Of a stretch of 64,000 nucleotides of DNA, positions 19,696 to 26,443 are shown piece after piece. Location: NCBI GenBank assembly GCA_045540015.1, contig JAZQGP010000013.1, positions 128,251 to 192,250 of the forward strand, in the 5' to 3' direction. The position numbers and the translations under genes were made by a program. Each line of letters starts with the position of its first letter. Position 1 is the stretch's first letter. The stretch is from Eubacteriales bacterium. GTDB taxonomy: Bacteria > Bacillota > Clostridia > Oscillospirales > CAG-382. The notes beneath the pieces are model-generated. The model searched no databases. It saw only the letters and a program-made list of their open reading frames with translations, and was not told where the DNA came from.

Positions 19696-20697
19696 ATGCA
19701 GAACAATGTACGTCCTGAGACAATGGAAAGAATAACAACTCCTGAGCTTGCAAACGCTTTTATAGAAGAGCAGGTAAAGGAAATAAAGGCACAGGTGGGC
19801 GACAAGAAGGTTCTTTTGGCACTTTCCGGCGGTGTTGACTCATCGGTGGTTGCGGCACTTCTTATCAAGGCTATAGGAAAGCAGCTTGTGTGTGTTCATG
19901 TAAACCACGGACTTATGCGTAAGGGTGAAAGCGAACAGGTTATTGAGGTTTTCCGTAACCAGCTTGATGCAAACCTTGTTTATGTTGATGCAACCGACCG
20001 TTTTCTTGATTTGCTTGCAGGTGTTTCTGAACCCGAAAAGAAGAGAAAGATTATCGGCGGTGAGTTTATCAAGGTGTTTGATGAGGAGGCAGGAAAGCTT
20101 GAAGGCATTTCCTTCCTTGCGCAGGGTACAATATACCCCGATATCCTTGAAAGCGTAAAGCAGGCAGAGGGCAAAAAGGCAGTAAAGTCTCACCATAACG
20201 TAGGCGGACTTCCTGAGGAAATGCAGTTTGAGCTTGTAGAACCCATAAAGCTTCTTTTTAAAGATGAGGTTCGAGTTGTGGGTGAAGCTCTTGGTCTTCC
20301 TCATGCAATGGTATACCGTCAGCCGTTCCCGGGACCGGGTCTTGGCGTAAGATGCCTTGGCGCAATTACACGCGACAGACTCCATGCTCTCAGAGAAGCA
20401 GACGCAATTCTTCGCGATGAATTTGATAAAAACGGACTTGCTGAAAAGGTATGGCAGTATTTTGTAATAGTCCCCGACATGAAGAGTGTTGGTGTTAAAG
20501 ATGATAGCCGATATGAAGGCTGGCCTGCAATTATCAGAGCTGTCAATACAAAGGACGCTATGACCGCGTCAATAGAGGAAATTCCTTATTCAGTTCTTCA
20601 TATGGTTACAAGCCGTATAACAAGCGAGGTTGAGGGCATTAACCGTGTTCTTTATGATTTGACACCTAAGCCTACGGGTACTATTGAGTGGGAATGA
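19696..20697 (+). CDS. guaA: GMP synthase ATP-pyrophosphatase/dimerisation domains only (no GATase domain)
   Basis: PP-loop LALSGGVDSSV and the canonical C-terminus ...PTGTIEWE. At 333 aa it lacks the N-terminal glutamine amidotransferase domain. Confidence 0.85.
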   Translation: MQNNVRPETMERITTPELANAFIEEQVKEIKAQVGDKKVLLALSGGVDSSVVAALLIKAIGKQLVCVHVNHGLMRKGESEQVIEVFRNQLDANLVYVDATDRFLDLLAGVSEPEKKRKIIGGEFIKVFDEEAGKLEGISFLAQGTIYPDILESVKQAEGKKAVKSHHNVGGLPEEMQFELVEPIKLLFKDEVRVVGEALGLPHAMVYRQPFPGPGLGVRCLGAITRDRLHALREADAILRDEFDKNGLAEKVWQYFVIVPDMKSVGVKDDSRYEGWPAIIRAVNTKDAMTASIEEIPYSVLHMVTSRITSEVEGINRVLYDLTPKPTGTIEWE

Positions 20698-20797
20698 TCC
20701 CACGTATTTAGGGGCAACTCAAAGTTTCTCCCCGGGGCAAAAATCTTTTTCCTCGCTCCCGCTCGGAGAAGAAGAAAAAATATAGTAAAAAAATTAG

Positions 20798-20830
20798 AAC
20801 TTGTTCGTTTCGAACAAGGTCTTTTCTTTT
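20798..20830 (+). terminator. intrinsic terminator of guaA
   Basis: Stem CTTGTTCG / CGAACAAG with loop TTT, followed by CTTTTCTTTT. Confidence 0.6.
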
Positions 20831-20840
20831 CCCATTTCGA

Positions 20841-21120
20841 CCTTGTTTCCTTCTCTTTCTTTCTTTCTCCTTTCTCTCCCAAAAAGAAGAAGTAGAAGAA
20901 GGTGAAAATGGCTTTATTCCTTGATTTTTCCCTCTTTTTTATTTCTTTTTGAGAAGATTTATCTTTCTCTTTTTCTTTCCTTTTCAGGAGATGAGAAGAA
21001 CTTCTTTTTTCTCATTTCTTTTCTCCTTTTTTGAAGAAGAAAAAGAAGGGAAAGGGAAAAGGAAGAGAGAAAATGTTTTTGCCTTTTTTTGAAAAAAAGA
21101 GGAAAAAGAAAATTTGCAAC
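20841..21120. repeat. ~280-bp strand-asymmetric purine/pyrimidine low-complexity tract
   Basis: Alternating blocks of CT-only sequence (ttccttctctttctttctttctcctttctctccc) and GA-only sequence (gaagaagaaaaagaagggaaagggaaaaggaagagagaaaa). Track ORFs here are low-complexity artefacts. Confidence 0.8.
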
Positions 21121-21128
21121 GACATAGT

Positions 21129-21315
21129 ATTTTCCGAAAAAGTGATTTTTCGGAAAGAAAATCCGGGAAAATATATAAAATAAAGGCAAAAAAGAAAGAA
21201 AAAATACGAAAATACATGTAAAATCGGGAATAAAATCCCGAAAAAATAAAAATTCGGGAACATTTTCCCGAAAAAATCAATTTTTCGGGAGTTTTTCGGA
21301 AATTTTTCGGAAAAG
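21129..21315. repeat. array of >=10 TTTTCGGRA / TYCCGAAAA motifs (3 palindromes plus 3 direct repeats phased at 11 bp)
   Basis: Palindromes TTTCCGAAAAA-gtga-TTTTTCGGAAA (21132-21157), TCGGGA-ataaaa-TCCCGA (21225-21242) and TTCGGGAA-cattt-TTCCCGAA. Direct repeats TTTTTCGGGAG / TTTTTCGGAAA / TTTTTCGGAAA begin at 21280, 21291 and 21302 and abut the tnsA-like RBS. Confidence 0.75.
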
Positions 21316-21329
21316 GAAGGAGAAAGACT

Positions 21330-21683
21330 ATGAGAACGAAAAACATTAAAGACAGGTGCACCAAAAGAAAACTAAAAAAGTGCGAGGAGATAGCAAAAAC
21401 ATATGACAAGATACAAACGGCATATGCAGATGTTCTTGACAGAGACCCGAATGTCAAAAGCATCAGATGTAATGTCCCTCTCGACGACGAAAACTATATG
21501 ACAGATTTTCTATGCACCAAACAAGACGGAGATTTAATGGTAAGAGAGTGTGTGTTCAGAAGTAAACTGTCGCTTCCAAGAACTTGTAAATTGTTGGATA
21601 TCAGCCGAGAGTATTGGCTTAAAAGAGGAGTGACCGACTGGGCGATAGTTATAGAAAAGGAGGATATCAATGCAGAAGAATGA
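21330..21683 (+). CDS. short TnsA-N-terminal-like (PD-(D/E)xK fold) protein
   Basis: The pattern YMTDFLCTKQDGDLMVRECVF...REYWLKRGVTDWAIVIEKE resembles the TnsA endonuclease N-domain. It sits directly upstream of tnsB and overlaps its start. The canonical E-x-K lysine and the C-terminal domain are absent. Confidence 0.5.
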   Translation: MRTKNIKDRCTKRKLKKCEEIAKTYDKIQTAYADVLDRDPNVKSIRCNVPLDDENYMTDFLCTKQDGDLMVRECVFRSKLSLPRTCKLLDISREYWLKRGVTDWAIVIEKEDINAEE

Positions 21684-23391
21684 TATATTGAAAACAAAAG
21701 ACGGTGTTTTTCGCATTTTGAAAATAGACGGCGACAGAGTGTTTGCCATTGACTGCCAAAAACGGACGATGCCTAAATTCTATCCGACAGAGTTCTTCGA
21801 CAACGCAGAAACGGCAGACAACAGTATAGTTGTGCCCCGTTCTGACTTTGACTCCCTCTTACCAAAAGAAAGAAGTATTGCACAGCAGCGGTTTTCAATG
21901 ATTGCTTCGGCTGTGGCGGTTGTAGATGATGAGAATAAGAGAAATGAGATGATAAGACATTCGTCGAAAATGTTTGGTGTATGCAAAACTACAATCAGAA
22001 ACTATTTGTGTACTTATCTTGTCAGTCAGGACATTTCAAGTCTTGTTTGTCGGAAGAAGAAAGAAAAAGAACTGACTAAAGATCAGCGAAATATGCGCTG
22101 GGCACTTAACAAGTCTTTCTATACACAACATAAAAACTCCCTCTCGACGGCCTACACGATGATGTTGAAAGAGAAATACTGCAATGCAGAAGGCGAATTG
22201 ACGGAAGATTATCCGACTTTTAATCAGTTCAGATATTTTTACCGCAAAACCCGTAAACTTGAAAACTTCTATATAAAGAGAGACGGTATAAAGGACTATC
22301 AAAGAAACAACCGCCCTCTCGTCGGCAATGGAGTTCAAGAGTTTGCACCGTGTATCGGAACGGCAATGCTTGACAGCACTATCTGTGATATTTACCTTGT
22401 CGATGATGCCGGAAGGCTTATCGGCAGACCTGTCCTTGTTGCTGCTTGTGATGCTAATACTTCAATGTGTCTTGGATATTCTCTCCTTCTTGAAGGCGGT
22501 ACATATTCTTTGCAAAATCTTATGCTTAATATTCTCGAAGATAAGGTTACCCTTTGCGAGAGGATGGGTATAAGCATTACAAAGGAACAATGGGACGTGA
22601 ACCAGTTGCCAAGCGTGCTCATAACCGATGGCGGAAGTGAGTACAAAGGACAGCAGTTTTCCCAAATTGCTGAACTTGGAGTTACACTTGTAAATCTTCC
22701 TCCGTACCGCCCTGACCTCAAAGGCAGTGTCGAAAAGTTCTTTGACCTTGTTCAAAGTTCATATAAAGAGGTGCTGAAAGGTAAGGGTGTCATAATGCCC
22801 GACTACCAGGAAAGAGGAGCACACGATTACCGCAAAGATGCCGTTCTTACCCTCTCGGAGTTTGAAAGGATAATTGTTCGGTGCATCATTTATTACAACA
22901 GCGAAAGGGTAATAAAAAACTTTCCGTATACTTCCAAGATGTTAGAGGCAGGAGTAAAACCCTACGCCAATGAAATATGGAACTTCAAGAAAAATGATGA
23001 GGCTGACAATCTGATTTCTGTCACACATAAAGAGTTGATTTTAACATTGCTTCCAAGGACAACGGCTAAGTTCACAAGATTTGGCTTAAAGGTAAATGGA
23101 CTTAAGTACTATGCTGACGGTTACACCGATGAATTTCTTTCAGGCGGCGAAGTGACTGTTTCCTACAACCCTGACAACTGCGGCAAAGTCTGGCTTAAAG
23201 AAGAGAATGGTACGTTTGTGGAGTTCTCTTTAATAGAAAGCCGTTATGATGATATGTCCCTCTCGGAGGTCAAAGATATACAGCAGAAACAAAGACAGAT
23301 GGAAAACGATGCAATAAGAGAAAATTATACCGCGAAAATTGAACTGCTTTCTTTTTTGAAACGGTGTCTGCAAAGTCGTCGGGTGACGTAA
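21670..23391 (+). CDS. tnsB: DDE (rve/Mu-type) transposase TnsB/TniA, zero-frame product
   Basis: DDE triad context: LDSTICDIYLVD, LITDGGSEYKG, KGSVEKFF. N-terminal HTH-like region. Order tnsB-tnsC-tniQ. Confidence 0.85.
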   Translation: MQKNDILKTKDGVFRILKIDGDRVFAIDCQKRTMPKFYPTEFFDNAETADNSIVVPRSDFDSLLPKERSIAQQRFSMIASAVAVVDDENKRNEMIRHSSKMFGVCKTTIRNYLCTYLVSQDISSLVCRKKKEKELTKDQRNMRWALNKSFYTQHKNSLSTAYTMMLKEKYCNAEGELTEDYPTFNQFRYFYRKTRKLENFYIKRDGIKDYQRNNRPLVGNGVQEFAPCIGTAMLDSTICDIYLVDDAGRLIGRPVLVAACDANTSMCLGYSLLLEGGTYSLQNLMLNILEDKVTLCERMGISITKEQWDVNQLPSVLITDGGSEYKGQQFSQIAELGVTLVNLPPYRPDLKGSVEKFFDLVQSSYKEVLKGKGVIMPDYQERGAHDYRKDAVLTLSEFERIIVRCIIYYNSERVIKNFPYTSKMLEAGVKPYANEIWNFKKNDEADNLISVTHKELILTLLPRTTAKFTRFGLKVNGLKYYADGYTDEFLSGGEVTVSYNPDNCGKVWLKEENGTFVEFSLIESRYDDMSLSEVKDIQQKQRQMENDAIRENYTAKIELLSFLKRCLQSRRVT

Positions 23392-23471
23392 ATATAAAGG
23401 GAATTCGCAAGGCAAAACAGTCCGCCAAGAGAAAATTACACCGCGATATTGGAGGTGAACTTGATGACTGA
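23352..23471 (+). other. slippery heptamer T_TTT_TTG plus a 37-codon -1-frame extension of tnsB ending inside the tnsC start
   Basis: The -1 frame is open from 23343 to TGA 23469-23471. It encodes ETVSAKSSGDVNIKGIRKAKQSAKRKLHRDIGGELDD. The stop overlaps the tnsC ATG (ATGACTGA). Confidence 0.5.
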
Positions 23472-24687
23472 TATTATAAGCATAATGCCCAAAATGCTGA
23501 CAGGAGAAGAACTTGATAAGGCTCTTGAAATATTACCCGAATACGACGAGAGCATCGTAGAAAAGAGTGTTCCCGAAAGACTTGTTGCACTTCAGGATAT
23601 TTACAGAGTTTTTATTCCGTCGGCAATGTCAAGAGAGATTTACACCAAAATGTACTTGTCTCTTCTTCGGTCGTTACAGAAAAAGCAGTCACTTCTTGCC
23701 GTCAGACAGTACAGCGAAAACAGCAAAATGATACGGCAGAAATCTTATGAAAGTATTATTGGAGGAAGCGACAGTTTCACCATTATCGGAGAAAGCGGTA
23801 TTGGCAAAAGTTCAGCCGTCAGCCGTGTTGTCAACATACTTGCAGAAAGTCCTGTCATTGAGATCAACAATTCAAAAGTCATTCCTTGCCTGCAGGTTCA
23901 GGCACCTGCCGACTCATCAATCAAAGGCTTATTGCTTGAGATTTTACGAAAGGCTGACGAAGTACTTGAAACCAAATACCACGAAAACGCAATTCGTTCT
24001 CACGCAACGACGGATATGCTCATCGGAACTGTCAGTCAGGTGGCACTTAACCACATTGGACTTCTTATTGTTGACGAAATACAGAATGTGGTGAACAGTA
24101 AAAGCGGAAGAAACATTGTGGGGGCTTTGACGCAGTTAATCAACAACAGCGGAGTTTCCGTTGCAATGGTCGGCACACCCGAAAGCACTGTGTTTTTTGA
24201 CAGCACAATGATGCTTGCAAGGCGTTCTCTCGGTCTTAATTATTCGGCTATGGAATACACCGATGAATACAGAAACTTTTGCAGAGTGCTTCTCGGATAT
24301 TGCTATGTAAAAGAGCCTGTGACAGTTAACGAAGAACTACTACTGTGGCTTTATAATCACTCAAAAGGAAACGCAAGTGCTGTGGCAAATCTCATTCACG
24401 ACGGGCAGGAAATGGCCATTCTCGAAGGCACAGAACGGCTTGATATCGCAATTCTCACCAAGGTATTTGACAGCAGAATGACAATGCTCCACGATTATAT
24501 TGCTCCCGAAAAAACAAAAGCCTCACCGCCCAAAAGAAAGAAGACGGAATGGCTTGAAATAACAGATGATTTTGTGAGTGATAATATCAGCATTCTTGAG
24601 ATTTCTTCAAACGCCAAGAAGAACAGTTGCAATATAGTTTCAGAACTGCAAAAGGCGGGCATTGAAATATTGGAGGTGGCAATATGA
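23464..24687 (+). CDS. tnsC: AAA+ ATPase TnsC/TniB
   Basis: Walker A GESGIGKSSAV and Walker B LLIVDEIQN. ATG at 23464 lies 6 nt after GGAGGTG. Confidence 0.85.
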   Translation: MTDIISIMPKMLTGEELDKALEILPEYDESIVEKSVPERLVALQDIYRVFIPSAMSREIYTKMYLSLLRSLQKKQSLLAVRQYSENSKMIRQKSYESIIGGSDSFTIIGESGIGKSSAVSRVVNILAESPVIEINNSKVIPCLQVQAPADSSIKGLLLEILRKADEVLETKYHENAIRSHATTDMLIGTVSQVALNHIGLLIVDEIQNVVNSKSGRNIVGALTQLINNSGVSVAMVGTPESTVFFDSTMMLARRSLGLNYSAMEYTDEYRNFCRVLLGYCYVKEPVTVNEELLLWLYNHSKGNASAVANLIHDGQEMAILEGTERLDIAILTKVFDSRMTMLHDYIAPEKTKASPPKRKKTEWLEITDDFVSDNISILEISSNAKKNSCNIVSELQKAGIEILEVAI

Positions 24688-26027
24688 TAGCATTCTTTCC
24701 AGAGGCTTACCCCGATGAACTTCTTTATTCTTTACTTTCCCGTTATCACCAAAGGTCAGGCAATGCAAGGTTTGTTTTCACTGCAGAGGAACTTTATCGA
24801 AACGGAAAAATTACGCACCCGTCAATTGAGTTTGTAAACCGTTATACCGATGATGCAATGTTGTGGCTCACAAAAGAAATGCCGTGGGAAACCGTGGCTG
24901 AAAAGTATACTATGTTTCCTGCCCTCATTCGCTTTCTCCCTTTCAAAAGAAGAAGAGAAGCGGAAGAAGGAGTAAGAAGTCAAAACGGGAACTGGAAAAA
25001 TATAATGAATCTTCCCGTTCTTAAGGAGAAAAGATTTCTTCGTTTTTGTCACGAGTGTGCAAAAGAAGACAGAGAGAAATATGGTGAAACCTACTGGCAC
25101 AGAGAGCATCAGATACCGAGAGTTCGGGTGTGCCCAAAGCATCGAACTTATCTTGAAAATAGTAGCATTCCCATCGGATCAAAGACTACACCGGGACTGT
25201 TTGATGCAGAGAGTAATGTTCCTGAAAGCATAGGCGTAAAGTATTGCGAAAACCAAAGAGAAATAGAATTCACGCAGTACGTTTTAGAAGTGTTCAAATG
25301 TTCCGTTGACATTGAAACAAATTTCGATGTTGGTGATTACTTATACTCCAAATTGCCACGAAAGTACAAGAACAAGTCAGGATTGATGTGCCACATTTCG
25401 CAGTTTTATGAAGACTATACAAGGTTTTATGACGGAATGCCCGTGATGTCGAAGTCATATTTGCAAAAGATTTTTAACGGCTATATGTACGATGTATATA
25501 ATATACTTCAAATTGCTTTCTTTATTGGTGTTTCTGTATATGACATTACTCACATTCCCTCTCAAAAACGGGAATACGATGAACTCTACAATTGTCTTGC
25601 AGAAAAGCACAATCTTGACTATTCGGTTGTTGCTGATATTGCCGAAGAAATCATAAAACAAAAAGCCCCGAAAGTTTCTAATATTTCAGGACCGCGAAGG
25701 AAAGCATATGAAAAGCTTGATGAGGAATTATTGCCAAAGGTCAAGGCTGTTGTCGACGAAATAATAGGGAAGGAAGGTAAGCCGGAAAGAGTATCGCCGA
25801 CCAAGATACAAAGATTTATGGGACTTCCGCAAAAGCAGTTTAATAAACTCCCGAAGTGTAAGGCGTATATTGAAAGCAAAGCCGAAACGCAGGAACAATT
25901 CTGGAAAAGGAAAGTTGATTGGGCAGTGAGGAAAATACAAAAAGCAAACGGGACAGTGACGGTGTCGAAGGTAATGAAGAGGGCGAATATGAGGAAAAGG
26001 GAGATAGAAAAAATGCTTGTTATTTAG
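24684..26027 (+). CDS. tniQ: TniQ/TnsD-family target-selection protein
   Basis: N-terminal TniQ signature FPEAYPDELLYSLLSRY. Zn-finger-like FCHECAKED...RVCPKH. ATGA overlap with tnsC. Confidence 0.85.
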   Translation: MIAFFPEAYPDELLYSLLSRYHQRSGNARFVFTAEELYRNGKITHPSIEFVNRYTDDAMLWLTKEMPWETVAEKYTMFPALIRFLPFKRRREAEEGVRSQNGNWKNIMNLPVLKEKRFLRFCHECAKEDREKYGETYWHREHQIPRVRVCPKHRTYLENSSIPIGSKTTPGLFDAESNVPESIGVKYCENQREIEFTQYVLEVFKCSVDIETNFDVGDYLYSKLPRKYKNKSGLMCHISQFYEDYTRFYDGMPVMSKSYLQKIFNGYMYDVYNILQIAFFIGVSVYDITHIPSQKREYDELYNCLAEKHNLDYSVVADIAEEIIKQKAPKVSNISGPRRKAYEKLDEELLPKVKAVVDEIIGKEGKPERVSPTKIQRFMGLPQKQFNKLPKCKAYIESKAETQEQFWKRKVDWAVRKIQKANGTVTVSKVMKRANMRKREIEKMLVI

Positions 26028-26089
26028 CTTTCGTCGTTGTCACATTCGTACCTGAAAACGGCACAAACGTGGCAATAATCCGAAGGTCG

Positions 26090-26116
26090 CCCATTCAAAT
26101 CCTGCCCCTGCAACCA
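26090..26116 (+). other. tRNA 3'-end-like fragment (T-loop, T-stem 3' arm, acceptor 3' arm, ACCA)
   Basis: The sequence cattcaaatCCTGCCCCTGCAACCA contains T-loop TTCAAAT, T-stem arm CCTGC, acceptor arm CCCTGCA and A-CCA. No matching 5' acceptor or T-stem arm exists upstream, so it is not an intact tRNA. Confidence 0.45.
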
Positions 26117-26123
26117 AACAAGA

Positions 26124-26160
26124 ACGGTAATTTTGATACAAAGTTACCGTTCATTTTTTA
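26124..26160 (+). terminator. weak intrinsic terminator
   Basis: Stem ACGGTAA / TTACCGT with a 13-nt loop, then TCATTTTTTA. Confidence 0.35.
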
Positions 26161-26294
26161 TGCCGAAAACGCCTATATACAAGGGTTTTCCGAAACAAGA
26201 AAAGTTTTATTGTTCTTCTAATCGTGATGTTTTGTAATGAAATAATCCTTGTTTTGCTTTCCCAAAATTCACTCAGAAACTTTTCTCTAAAAAT

Positions 26295-26345
26295 AAATGC
26301 ACCGCTTTTGACTTGAAATTTCGTTGAAGCGGTGCATTTTGTTAA
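26295..26345. terminator. bidirectional intrinsic terminator (serves the minus-strand GT4 gene)
   Basis: 13-bp stem AAATGCACCGCTT / AAGCGGTGCATTT with T-runs on both strands. Confidence 0.65.
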
Positions 26346-26443
26346 TTACACTTATGAAGATGATTTTTTAATTGTTGCTTATACGCCCTTATTCGTATCT
26401 TTTATATCTATATATTTCATAGTTAACTCGATAGCGTCAATAT

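Larger units (their letters stand above)
20827..26200 (+). mobile_element. Tn7-like transposon core (tnsA-like, tnsB, tnsC, tniQ); exact ends not resolved
   Basis: Four overlapping co-directional transposition genes lie directly downstream of guaA. The left boundary is inferred from where homology to the second copy (57626 onward) begins. The right limit is set loosely after the last TTTTCCGAAA motif (26186-26196). Confidence 0.6.

Noticed and set aside
21129-21315. Possible CRISPR array, suggested by the regularly repeated short motif
   Set aside because: The repeats are only 9-11 nt and occur in both orientations. They are spaced 0-15 nt apart, with no unique 25-40-nt spacers and no cas genes nearby.
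20959-21463. Track ORFs of 76-159 aa on the minus strand (20959-21189, 20984-21463, 21012-21263), and 20652-20882
   Set aside because: They lie wholly in the purine/pyrimidine low-complexity tract and motif array. Their translations are F/S/L/K-rich repeats with no RBS. One overlaps the guaA 3' end. They are treated as artefacts.
26041-26116. Intact tRNA gene ending in CCA at 26116
   Set aside because: Only the T-loop, T-stem 3' arm and acceptor 3' arm are present. The required 5' acceptor arm (TGCAGGG) and T-stem 5' arm (GCAGG) are absent, and no anticodon stem can be drawn. It is reported as a fragment only.
25919-26221. 100-aa ORF overlapping the tniQ 3' end and the downstream spacer
   Set aside because: It is out of frame with tniQ, has no RBS, and spans the tRNA-like fragment and a hairpin. 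It is most likely a chance ORF.
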